From Moniliella sp. 'wahieum' (lineage: Eukaryota), in assembly GCA_003971905.1 (NCBI GenBank), contig RSEE01000007.1:868001-932000 (forward strand): DNA of 64,000 nucleotides, given 5' to 3'. Positions 24,552-36,800 of the stretch are shown one piece after another (within the stretch, counting starts at the first letter, position 1; each line of letters starts with the position of its first letter). Both the position numbers and the translations under genes were made by a program. Under the pieces are notes generated by a model. It searched no databases, had not been told where the DNA came from, and saw only the letters and a program-made list of their open reading frames with translations.

Positions 24552-26846
24552 TTATGATCCACATCCTCGCAGAACGCGCCTTCTCGGGCGTAGAGACAAG
24601 CGAGGGGGCTCAGAACACACAGTGGATGTGGTATGCGTAGAAGCGCGATGAGTAATGCATATAGATGCTAGTCCGTCGGTTGTAGGAGTTAATGAAGAGG
24701 AGCTCGAGATGGGCCTGCCAAAAATTGAGCGGGCGGCCGATGGGAAGACGAGATGGAGGTGAAACTGGAAGTCAGGCTGGTAGTTCGACGCGGATATTCC
24801 CTCTCTGTCGGCTTGACTTCTGTTGCAGCAGAGGTCAACGCAGCCATGCCAGGAGCGCTCCCGGCCAAGCCGAGGGACATGATGGGATGAGTTGAGGGGA
24901 GATCGTTTGGGCATGTGCGATAGCTTTTCCCGAGGACGCGACTAATAGGGGGGAGAAATGGGGTTGTCCCTTGTATCCCCGTACCAAATGAAAGTCGGAT
25001 TTTCCCTCCTTTGGGCATTGCTCCAGCGAGAAGAGGGGGTGGGTCCAGGGTGGCGTCTGTGGTTTGAAGGGAACAGCGCCTGGAGCTTACAGCTGCACCG
25101 AACCACATTTCCAGCTGTCCTTTCTCCTCCGCCTCACCTCCGAAGAGTGACAAGTTGGGTCTCCTTTGCAACGAGCATGCGAGGGGTTTCTTTAGGAGGT
25201 AAGGGAGGGGGAACGTCACAGTCGGAAATAGAACTGGTGTTCTGCACACCATCAGTCAAAGATGCCGAAGGCAGCATGGGCAAGACGATACCAACAGCCG
25301 GAAAGGCATATTTTGAATGAGCCCCCCACGATCTGGGACTGAATTCTTGTCTTCTTCAATAGGATCAGCCGAGAGCTATCTATGGAGCTGATTCGTCTCT
25401 TGGGGAAAATAGTTGACGTACGAGAAGCCCTTGACGTCGGCGCACGGCTAATCTTGCGCTCATGGGAATTGGACGAAACTCCGTCAATCGAATAGATTGT
25501 TGTGGGTACAGTTGTGTTGGAGTCTCGAGAGTCATTCCGCGCGAGCGAAAAGGAAGATAGTACACTCTGCGTGTCTGTTGAAGATGGTCCGTCGATGGAA
25601 GTGGTATCCGTCCCGAAACGACCAACCGTGCACGGGACCACTCCTCCCACCGGTCCCACCCTGGTTTAGATATGGGCCCACTTACGGGGGAGGGACACTC
25701 CCTGTTCCAAGCCAGAGGTTTGGAAGGCGTAATAGCCGTCGATACTCATTTGTTGGTTTCACAGTGCAAGAGTTCCCATAGGAGGGTTTCGTAGGCAGAG
25801 AAGGATGATGTGTGAGGTAGAATGCCCAAGGTGCGAGATATGTGTGTGCCAGCAGATGTCTCTTCTGAGCGCTTAGGGTTGCTTATTGAGCTGATCCAAG
25901 GTGGAAGGGGGGTAGGTCATGGTCTCGCCCATCACACGCCTACCTGAAGTGGTCAGCCGGATTGGACAGGGGCTGAGCTGACTGTTGTTGGGGGAGAGTG
26001 GAGAGTTAGCCTTAAGCAGGACGGTAAGAGTTTAGGTGAGAAGAGACGTACTGTTTTTTTCAGCATGCACCTCTTATCACCGTCGTACGACGTTGCGCAT
26101 AGACAACAGCGGCAGTTCGGAGTTATTGGGAAGAGAGAGCTTAGGGTGGCGCTCTGACTTGTCAGCATAATGTTGAGGTATTGGATGATCAATATGGGGG
26201 GCAGAGAGGTTGCTCCAGAAGGTGATGGCATTTTGCTGGAACGAATTTGGTGGAAAGGGAAATGCATCCAGCTCTTTCCCCAAGAAACCTTCGTCTTCCT
26301 CCGTGTCCCCACAGCAGGCAAAGGAGAGTGGTGATGGTTGAGGCGGATCCGAGTTAGATTGGACACTGAACCAGGCTCATTGTCTTCCTTGCGAATGCTG
26401 GATGTAGTGCCTTGCACGACCGCCTCATTGTTGCCCGTCGTGCTGGCCGAGGAAACAAGTCGGTGAAGAAGTGAGAAGAGCGGCCACGGAGGGAACTAAT
26501 CGTCGGTGCTCGGGGACGGCGGGGTTGAGTGGGATGGATGGAAGTTGGTGGGTAAGTTCGGAAAGGGTGGGTGGCTGGGGGGGAGAAGGTAGTACATGAT
26601 GCCCAGGACTTGAGTGAGGGCGTAACGAGATGTGATTGAGGCTTCGGGTGGGAAATGGGAAGGCCTTGTTGTCCCTAAAGGGTTCAACGTGACGTCTCCA
26701 GCACTATCATATATGGATGGGTGGATCTGCGCAGTGTTGGGTGGTGTCTTGCTGGTTAAGATATTGGTCTTCTCCTTTGCCGAGGATGTTATCGCTGTTG
26801 TGGCCGAGTGCAAGGTGTAGGTCGTTGCGGTCGAGGTCGAGTCCAT
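24552..26846 (-). CDS. Hypothetical Ser/Thr/Pro-rich protein (fragmented)
   Basis: ATG at 26846 (MDSTSTATTYTL) followed by a chain of same-strand low-complexity ORF pieces; no domain recognised. Confidence 0.3.
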
Positions 26847-27868
26847 TTTGTGTTCGGGAAGGGTAGGCGTTCGTAACTGGGGTAATGTCAGGCTAAGGTC
26901 CAGGCTGGTGTGGTCGAATTTGATATGGTCGAGCTCAATCCCGAGCCCAAGGCCAAGGCCGTTTCCGAGGGGGCTGGGCGTGGGTCATATGAGGCGGTGG
27001 GGAGAGAGCAGACAACAAGAGAGATTGAAGGTAGGCGCAACGAACAACAGTTGGAAAAGAGGAAAGGGTTAGTGGTAGTGGAAATGGTGGTGGTGGTGGC
27101 AAAAGTGACTGGCGGGCGAGCTAGTATAGGCCGGTCTGGTGACGTGCCAGTGACCTGTCTCCTGTTTCCTGTCTCCTTTTATCGATTATCAGACGATGAA
27201 TGAAGAGCGAATGACTGTTGTGATGACATACTAAAACAAGCTTAAGACCAGATAGCATTAATGCCCACCCACACACATACTGCCTCCTCTCCACCATTAA
27301 AAGTGTGGTGCGTGTCCAATGCAGAAGGTGCCCGGTGGCTCCCGATTTTGGAATGAAGGCTCCACATCAGCCCGATTCCAACTCCTTGCAAACAATCCGG
27401 GGGTTCGTCTGAAGGATCCCGACCACTTGTTTTACCCTCTCTGTGGAAACGCTTTTATAGCTAAAAATAACCACATTTTAAGCTTTAAACTTTATCCCAG
27501 TCCCGCGTTCCCGCGTACTACCCGCACCAAGGCAGTGTTGGCACACCTGTGTATCACAGCTGCCCCCCCTCCACGCTCCTGCTGCGATTTACATGCGAAG
27601 GCGCCACAGCCGCCACTATCACCATGGGTTTGTCTGCCTTGATGTGGCACAGCAGTGCGATATCCAAAATGACCCTCTGGTAATCAGTTGTGCCCCCATC
27701 ACTAGTCACTCCATATATGTGGAGCTGGGAATGTGCACGTGCACAGCATCAGATGGCCGCTTTTCGCATAGCATCCTGCATCCCCCCGGCCTTGTGTTGA
27801 TAGACAATTTTGTGCGCTGCGATGCCCTGATATCACCCTCGAGGGAGATGCATTCGCGCTGTGAGACA

Positions 27869-28507
27869 TGTGATGAGAGACTGGTGTCCTGATGGTCTTG
27901 GTGATGCAATCGCACTGGTGGTGGTGGCAGTCCAATAAGCCAACCAGAACGCCTACAGAGGAACATCAAAAGCAGCGAGTCGCCACCACAGGGGCAAGCT
28001 GCGGAACAAGGGTTGAGCATCGGGTGGCTCGCGCTTTGGCCAATGTCCCTTCAGTTCCTCCTCAAGCCTGGGAGTTCCGTTGTTTTCTCTCTCTTGTTTT
28101 TCCTGTTCCGCAGCTTAGCCCCTGGTGGCGACCGCTGCTTGTTGTTCCTCTGTATAGGCGGTGCTGGTTGGCTTAGACCACCACCACCACCAGTGCGATT
28201 GCATCACCCTCGAGGACCATCAGGACTCCAGGTCTCCTCATCACAAAAAGGAAAACACAGGAGGGAGAAAACAACGGTACTCCTAGGCCTGAGGAGGAAC
28301 CTGTCAGCGCCAGCATGCATGCAGCTGATCACACATCACGCATCAAGCTGTTCTATCCGACTCTCCCCTATGTTCTGCCCCTAGCGGGCTCCTCTTGGAA
28401 TAGATCCATCACTCCTCCTTCTCTCTCCTTCTCTCCGTGTAGGCTTTGTTCTCGCTTTAACAGAACCAGAGGGACGTTGCTCGAAGCACGAGCAACCGGT
28501 GGCTCAA
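27869..28507. repeat. Interleaved imperfect inverted repeats A-B-A'-B' (foldback/MITE-like relic); B' is interrupted by a solo LTR
   Basis: A 27869-28008 is the reverse complement of A' 28104-28245. B 28013-28102 is the reverse complement of B' 28248-28301 plus 28468-28507. Confidence 0.8.
28302..28462. mobile_element. Short solo LTR (161 bp), family X copy 1
   Basis: TGTCAG...TTAACA termini; perfect 5-bp TSD GAACC (28297-28301 and 28463-28467); similar along its length to 55804-55961. Confidence 0.92.
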
Positions 28508-29675
28508 AATCTGGCAAAGAAATGGTGGTAGTAGTGCGGTGTTGAAGGTGGTGCATTAAAGTACAGACAACGGCACCTACTAACGATACAGGATTTTCAT
28601 CGGCAAGCCTCACAGGTATCATATATCACCAGAAGCGCTGTGAATATGTGAATGTCCCAGCCCCCAGCTGTAACATGTAAGAGGAAAAGAATAGTCTCGA
28701 GAGGGGAGAGATTAGAGCTGTCCTAGTCCCTCCGCGGAGGCGTTATGGATCGAGAATGGGCGGGAGACAGAGCTCGGGCCTGCTCGGCTGCTCGGGCTAA
28801 GGCGCGCTCAGCGCTGCAGCTGAGCGCTGCTCAGTTCAACGTTCAAACGTTCAACGTTTAACACGTTCAATTAACGTTTAATGTTCAAGCTTCGGACTTC
28901 AAAAGCTTCAGACTTGAGTTCAAGCCTATGAGCAAGAGGGAGGCCTGACATGCTGACATGAGGCCTCCTTGAGGCTTCCTTGAGGCTCAGCGCTCAGGTG
29001 TTAAGCCCGAGGGCCTCGGCCTGAGGATGGAGGGTGGACGCAGATGGCAGGTGGCAGGGATGGCTGAGAATTTCGTGAGACAGGATGAATGTGGGGTGGC
29101 GAGATGCGAGAGGGGGTGAAACAATGCTGCTAGACGGTAAACGTTAATTCTGGCTGTCAGAGTTGGGCGCCTGATCTCCATGGAGTGTCCAGGGCAGCAC
29201 AGCTGCGCCCCGGGCCTTCAGGCCTCCGGCCGCCTCAGCGCCTCAGCCGGAGATCTGAGATGGAGAGGCCGAACTAAAGCGTAAACTGGGCGCGGTGCCC
29301 TCAGTGCTGCGCTGCGCGAAATCGCTGAGGTCTGATCGATGATCTTACGCCCTTCGTTCGGAAGTTGAAGCTACTACGTCGCACGTCACGTCACGCGTTA
29401 GCTAGCGTGTCAATTGTTTCTCGCAGTCGGCCGCAGTCGCCAGCCGCGTCAGCGCCGCACCGGGTGGCCGGCTTCGCACATATATAGCTTCGCGGTCGTT
29501 TTCTCGAAAAGAGGTGCGTTGGAGATAACAAGCCACCATCCTACTCGTCTCTCCTTCTTTCCTCCACCAGTCTCACCCTGCCTTGCTCCTGGCTAGCCCC
29601 AGACTCCGTCAGCCTCGGCTGTGGTGTCTTTGTGACCTCCACCCCCCCTCATCCACCACCACCATCACGCCAACC

Positions 29676-31942
29676 ATGTCCGCGCCCTCTACCTCCCTCC
29701 GTCACTGTGCGCGATGCCCAGGGACGGTCCGTCTTTGTCGGCCCTGCGGACGATGCCGCCATCTCCGCCATCCCTCCCGAGGTCCTCACCCCGAACGCTA
29801 GCGTCACCTTTGTTGGCGTTGGCCGTGTCCAGCCCGTCACCGCCCCCCACGGCGGTATCCTTCTCCGCCCGCTTCCGCCCACTGCCCGCCACAACAAACG
29901 TATACGCTCCATTGTCTCGTTTCGTCCCCGCAACAGCCGCTTCGACCGCTTTAACACCGAGTCGTCGGCAGACTCGTTTCGTGGCTTCTACACTCTTTTG
30001 GATCACCATGTTCCTTGCCATACTCAACTCATTTTGGCGCACGTACCACCACACCGGCTCAATCCTCTCCCTCAGCTTTTTCAACCTCTTTAGCCGCGAT
30101 GCCAAAATGCTCGCGGTTTCAGACTTTGTCTTGATCGTCCACCTCTTCCTGGCCTTACCTCTCATCCAGTTGGCCACGCGCTACCGCATTCGCTACGCCA
30201 ATGGCCTCGTATATCTTGTGTACTTTTGGCTCACCGGTATGCTTGCTGCAGTCATTCAGTGGAGTCGCCGGCGCGAGTGGCCTTGGGTTCAGAGTGGATT
30301 TTTGTCCTGCATACCATGGCCATGATGATGAAGCTCTACTCCTACCTTGACGTCAATGGGCACTTTGTGGATGATTACTGGAGCCTGCACGACAAGGAGG
30401 CCCAGCTAGCCCTGGAGGTGGAGCGAGTTGAGGGCGACGACGGAGAGAAGAGTGCACCATCACATGAGTCTGACAATGACTCTTCACATTCCTCTTCTAC
30501 CAACAACTATATCTCTGACGCTCCCGATCGTGCTACTCGCGCCTGGCGCCGTGCCTGTGTTCGTGCCCTTCACCAGGCAGAGGTGGTCGACGACAATTTC
30601 GTCGGTGGCATTGTCAAATCTGATTGGTGCAAACAACAGCTTCAGCAAGGGATGTGCCGCGAAAGGTACGTGGCCAAAAACACGATTCCTTGGCATTCTT
30701 CCATCAAGGTATCTGAAGCAGAAGCGCGTCCCCCCAAACCCCACGACGCTCACGAGATCGGTGAGCAGAAAGAGCAGGCCGTTAATTCGAGAGCCAAGGA
30801 AGCCGTCGGCCAAGCACTTTCTATGGGGGGATCTCCTCGGATTCCGACGCGGACAAGGAGAAAGATGCCACTGGCATCTCGGCAGGTTCCGAAGCTGGGA
30901 AGGAGGAAAATGTGTCATTCCTCCCTGTGCAGCCCACCATCCCTGCCGATCGAAGCACTGCACCATCACGGGTCCGCAGGGACGACCTCGTTTTTATTCG
31001 TGACCCCCATCCTCTCGCAACTCATCCAAATCCGAAGATTCGACAACTGGCGGAGGACATTGAAGTGCTGCGGGAAACCCTAGTGTCACGAGACCCCTAC
31101 AACCGAATGCCGCCTTTGCAGTCAGAACCCTCAACGCCCAATATTGATGTTGCGGAGGACTTGACGCAAAGACACTTCTTCCCCGAAAATTTGACCTTCT
31201 TCAACTTTTTGGACTATCTCTTGGTTCCCTCGTTGGTATACGAACTAGAGTACCCCGAACCAATTCCATTCGCCCTGGATACCTTGTCGAAAAAGTTCTT
31301 GCCACTTTTGGTACCTTCTTCTGCATCTACATCATCACCACAACGTGGATCTTACCAATCAGTCCCAATGGGCCCAACCAGACTTGGACGGAAGTCGTTG
31401 GTATTTTCCTCCAGCTTTCCATCCCCATGATGGCCTGCTATATCCTCATCTTTTACATCATATTCGAGGCCATTCTTAACTTTTTCGCCGAGGCGACGAG
31501 GTACGTTCTGTGGCCAACTTACCTTCCCTCGTACAGTCACTGATTACATCTTCTCCTTTTCCCATCAGGTTTGCCGACCGTGAGTTCTACAAGGATTGGT
31601 GGAACTCCAAGTCGATGGATGAATTTTCCCGGGACTGGAATCGGCCGGTGCACAGCTTCCTCCTCAAGCACGTGTATGCTTCGACTCTTTCCATCGGCGC
31701 CTCCAAACCAGTGGCGGCTTCCTTACTTTTCTTCTCAGCTCCCTCATGCACGAGCTGGTGATGGCAATCGTGACGGGTAAACTGCGCGGGTACTTATTCC
31801 TGATGCAGATGGCACAGCTCCCGCTTATCGCTCTGGGACAGACCAAGTTTATCAAAGATTCGCCTGCTCGTGGCAACCTGCTCTCTGGATTGGGCTCATG
31901 GTCGGCTTCCCGCTTCTCAACATCCTGTATCTTTCGTATTGA
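29676..31942 (+). CDS. ARE2: Sterol O-acyltransferase (MBOAT family, Are1/Are2-like)
   Basis: SFRGFYTLFW; LVYELEYP; FADREFYKDWWNS; WNRPVHSFLLKHVY; MHELVM with the catalytic His; ends GFPLLNILYLSY-stop. Intron 31501-31568. Confidence 0.95.
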
Positions 31943-32703
31943 CCTACCCCCCCCCGGCCCCCTCACACACACTGCTTTGCTCTCCGCCTCTCTCCACTCT
32001 GAGACTCCGCTCCATTCGTAACGTTGGTTATCTATCTTGTACGAGACTCTGTTCATCCGCTCTCGTGATATTGCCCTCAATATATGTTAGGGGCACCTCT
32101 CCTGCTCACATATTTATGTCCGACCTGTTGTCATTTTCTGTCCTTCCTCTCCAAAACTTCCCAGATACGCACTTGGGTACCATCAGTACTCTGTCCGATT
32201 ACGATCTTGGATTGGCCGTTGTTGGTCTCAAAAAAAGTCGCTCGGTACACGTTTTGCCAGTGGATGTAGTCACTACTAAGTGATCCCGCTACTAGGGCGG
32301 TCAGCATCAGCGCGTTGAGTACGTTGAACGTTCAAGTTGAACCCTTAACTTGAGCAGCGAGCCACAGCGCATGCCTATTAGGTAAGGCATGCTCCACCCC
32401 ACAGGTATGTATATTGTGGGGTAGTTACGTAGTAGGTTATATATGTCCGGCCGGTGTAAGTCGGCCTCGGGAGCCTCTAATTGCTCCTTCAGCTTGCGGT
32501 TCCGCCCGAACGGTGAACTTGAACGAACGCTTGGCCTCCACGCTCCCCAGGGCAGCAGACACGGCGCCAGGCCCTCTGCCACCGTCCGACTCTGCGCCGA
32601 CATCGAGACGGGGGGCCGAGAATGTTGCCCCGCACGAGCGAGAGCGGCCGCGGCCGCACGTTGCTGCTGGCCCGCAAGGCCACCGCTCCAACCCACCGCA
32701 CCA

Positions 32704-34088
32704 ATGCCAGTGCACGTTACTCCACTCCCAGCATCCCTTCCCCCTCCAATTGGCGTACCCGTCTCGCGTCGCCCAGTCGCGTGACCAACCTGGGCCTCGG
32801 CCTCCTTGTCTCGTTTGTTTGTCTGTCTCTGTTGCTCAACCTCTTGCAATGGACCCGTCCTCTCTCGGCGCCGCCCCCCTCCCCTCCCCTCCCCCTCCCA
32901 AAGCCCCACCGCCGCCGAGCAGATTGCTGTCTGGGCCGACTCCTTTGTACCTCCTCCCCAGCCTGGGGCTGAAGGCCTGGACACCTGGTCGTGGTTGTCG
33001 GTCATGCGATCTGGACCGGTACCTCCTTCGATGGTCGCCAGAACGATGACAATTGGGTCCTGGAGGAGGACCAAAAGGGTGATTCGGTGCGCACGTTTTG
33101 GAACCATACCCAACGGGGCATTGAGATTGCCAATCACGACCCCTCTGCACTTTTGGTCTTCAGTGGAGGGCAGACCTGTCCCCACTCACTCGCAACCGAG
33201 GCAGAAAGTTACTTTCAGCTGGCGCTGCAGAGTAATATGAATCTTCCTGTCCTCCCTGGTGCGTGCTGAAGTGGTGCTGCTGACCACAGGGGAGCATGGG
33301 GCCGAAATTGCCCAGTTTGCGGATACAGATGAGGATGGTGTGGGCGAAAATGCGGCTGGTGCGAATGCTGCGGCTGCGATGACTGCCCCTCCCCCCTTGG
33401 TGGCGACAAAGCCCATGCCCCTTCGACCGTCCTCAAGGCGGGCTCGGGGGCTGGGTTAGATTTGCTTCGGATGACGACGGAGACGTATGCACTGGATAGT
33501 TTCCAAAACTTGCTTTTCTCTCTCGCCCGCTTCCGCGAGTTTACCGGTCGGTATCCAGAGCGGGTGACGATTGTTGGCTACGAGTTGAGAAAAGAGCGGT
33601 TTCAGAATTTACACGCCAAGGCTGTGCGGTGGCCGACTCAAGCACTGTACCACAACAAGCAGCGTTTTACCTACATTGGCATTGATGACGACGGCGACAC
33701 GAGCAAACAGGACCTTCCGGGGAAGAAGAATGAGTATTCCCTTTATAACAAGGACATGTACGGGTGTCATGGTCAACTCTTGGTGCGTTATGCTGCTCGG
33801 TTCTAGCGATATGAAAACTGACCCTATTTTGCCTTGGTTGAACAGCAAAAGCGCCAGAGCCGTAATCCAACACGCCGGTTCCCCCCTTATATGCTCTCGG
33901 CGCCCGAAATGGCGGGTCTGCTGCAGTGGTGTCCGACGGAGGATGGAATTGGGCTGCAGGGGATCTACAACGACGATTTGCCTTGGGACCGAAAGTCGGA
34001 CGAAGCATGGTCCATCAAGGGCAGCATTGGAAAGGCCCGCCACTCTGGAAAGAAGGCAAAGGTGTCCTTGAGCCGGGAACGCGACTAA
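32704..34088 (+). CDS. Conserved fungal protein of the YOR238W/SPAC57A10.07 (DUF218-like) family with N-terminal TM segment
   Basis: VVGHAIW; LLVFSGGQT; TEAESY; TETYALDSFQNLLFSLARFREFTGRYPERVTIVG; DMYGCHG; RNP. Intron about 33783-33845. Confidence 0.8.
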
Positions 34089-35613
34089 TCTATATTTACC
34101 TTAGTCTGTGCCAAGGGTTCGCCTCGTTATTGCCCTGGATCCATCTGGTTCCCTACCTACACAAATATGACCTAGCGGTGCAGAAATAATATAAGGGAAG
34201 TGCACTTGGCGATGGTGAATAGGAGGAGGAAGAAGAATCACTAATATGCACACGAACCACATGAATGCGGGACGCAAAAGAGAAGATCGAATGATGCCCA
34301 TAGTGTATTCTCATAGTCTCCTTGCTTCTGTATGGCCAAACGGTATACTGAGAAGTAAGTTAGCGGGGACGGAGGTAGTGAAGGAGGGACATTGCGTTGG
34401 ATGCCGGACAAGTTCCAGGGCATATTCAGCGAGATCAAAAGTCTTACCGCGACCAACCCGAGATGGTGATAGTCTGTCCAAAAGGGGCATGTCCCGGAAC
34501 GTCAGGCTTCTTTCTACGTCTGGCAAAGCGTTAATTCAGGTCCAAGAGCGCTGGATGACCTAATCGAGTGCGCGACCCGAGCCGAGTTGTATTTATTGTC
34601 GCTAGACATCCTCCAGGGCCGCAACCGTCATTCACATGCCTCGCCATGACCAACTCCCAGCTTCCAGTCCCAGGCGCACATCAATAACAGCAACTATAAC
34701 AACTACGAGCCGATGGACCTAGATGGAGCGGAGGTCCGTCCCGTGAGACGCAGGTTCCGGCTCAGTGTGATGACTATAGTAGGGCGATCGAACATTCAGC
34801 CCGAGTTCCTCGTTACGTCGATTCCGCGCTATGCAGCGGTCTTGCATACCGACTTCCTGGACCCCGATGAGGTGTCACTTTCCTTTACTCGAGATGGTTC
34901 AGCCGAGCTTAGCTAATTAAGGGCCATGCCCCCCCGATCGAGTTTATGGTATCCTGGACATACGTCTAGCTCGGCTTCCCATTTCAATCACGAGCTTCAC
35001 CAAGGTGATTATCGCTTCGCCAGGAAAGTGCGGGTCGACGACCGGGGCGAGGTGATGGCTACGCCCGGAAAAAGTCAAGTTGCTCAAGCCGATACCGAGA
35101 TTCATGGAGGCGAACCAGAACCAATCGCCCGAGGGCGAGGAGATCGAGGCCAAACGAGAGCTCAAGGAGCACGTAGGGTACGAGTAGGCCACCGTGACGC
35201 GAGCCGAACAGGGCTGTGCGCACCGCAGGGATATTAGATGCGCGATAGGTTAATCCAGCCAGTCTCATTTTAAACGCCCGCAAAGGCCTCCGGGAGTGTG
35301 GTCTTGCAACCCCGCGGGCGAGCAGCACACACTGCCCTCAGGCCTAACCCGCATCATCCTCCGCTGTATGTGAGACAACTAAAACAGAAGGATACTTGGA
35401 ATTTTGAGCTTGGTGCATGATAATGCTTTTCTACCAGTGACGGGCTCCGGACCCAATCCAGTTAAGTACCGCCGCCCCCTCTTCTCCTTGCCCTCCTCCT
35501 CACCGGTCACCACCACACCCATATCTCTCCTCTTACCCGTCCCCAAGTCACCTCACCACCTACCCACAGTTCAGCGCCATTCTCCCTTTGGCTCTCGACT
35601 CCACACACCTCCC

Positions 35614-36800
35614 ATGCCATCTCTGCTGCTTTGGCGTGCCCTCAAGGCCCGCCCAGCTCGCGTTGGCCTCATTGCAGTCGTTGGCACAGCTGTCGTTTAG
35701 CAGCCGTACGACACAGCAACTGACTGCCTCGGCACTTCTCCCGCCGACTGGTTCCTCCAATTTTGTTTTTGCCGGATCCGGCCCCGAGCACTGGTGAGCT
35801 CCCCCTGCCGCTTCCGCCTCGACGATGTGGCTGCCCTGGTCGATGGCTAGGAGGGTACCAGCGAGCATGATCACCCAGCTACAACAACAAGCAGCTTGTT
35901 CTTTTTGACCCGCGCGGCTCATCCTCGTGGTGAGTCCAACAAGAGGCTCATAACCGCTCAACATTGAGGCTGTGACCCAGGCGTTCCAACAGCAAGTGAT
36001 GATCAGCACTCTGTGCCCGCTTCCCTCTATCTCCCCACAACTTCCCCATTTCTCGAGCTCACCATCATGAGCCCCAATGCGTCCTCGGGCATGCCGGTCG
36101 AACACACTGAGACCGATGTGTCTCCCGGGGTATGTTGACTATTCTCCTCTGGTCCTTGTGTGACATTTTGGTCATTAGACAAGAGAAAACTGACCTGTTC
36201 CCCTTCACCCCCGCACAGGTTCACGACACTGACGGGGAAATGTCAGTGCCACCACGTCTCCTTTGGCATCTACGACGACCGAGGCCGGGGTCGAGTCGAC
36301 CCAATCGACTCCGTGCCCTGGTACCACCGGGACTCCTTCCACCTTACCACCGCAGCCGCAGGTTCCTTTCCCGCCCCCGACTCCGACCGGCTTTTCGTTC
36401 TCGCGGGACGAGGATGAGGGAGAGCAGGGTAACTCGTCCTCCCGTTCCAACAACACGCTGACCACAACCGCTCCCCTCCACACCTGAACCCAAGTGAAAG
36501 TCGAAACTCAAGGCTGCCTTGCGCCGCGAGCAGGTGGAGATGCTCGGCGAAACATTTCTTTTCCGCCATGTACCCAACAGGAACATAATCAGAGGGCTCG
36601 GGCTCAGAGGAAGCGTACCGTCAGTTCAATGCCGACCTTGAGGCGCTCCTCGATCGGTTGAACAACATCTCCAAAACAATTTGGAGCTAAAGAGTGGGAC
36701 GACAACTCGTCCTCGTCGTCCTATTCGTTCTCCCTATTCTCCTCTGAATCTGCAGAGGAGTGGGATGGGAAGTAAGTGCGGAATACTCGGAGCCCAATGA
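35614..36800 (+). CDS. Hypothetical protein (fragmented, at least one intron)
   Basis: Intron-like GTATGT 36130...CTGAC...CAG 36218; protein-like pieces such as EEAYRQFNADLEALLDRLNNISK. No family recognised; boundaries are guesses. Confidence 0.3.

Noticed and set aside
17506..31942. Hydrolase + P450 + MBOAT as a glycolipid biosynthetic cluster
   Set aside because: The MBOAT is a typical sterol acyltransferase; no glycosyltransferase, FAS/PKS, transporter or regulator; genes are separated by unrelated DNA.
34630..35190. Small plus-strand gene (MDLDGAEVRP...KRELKEHVGYE)
   Set aside because: Protein-like fragments only, with no family or convincing splice structure; cannot be supported without homology or RNA data.
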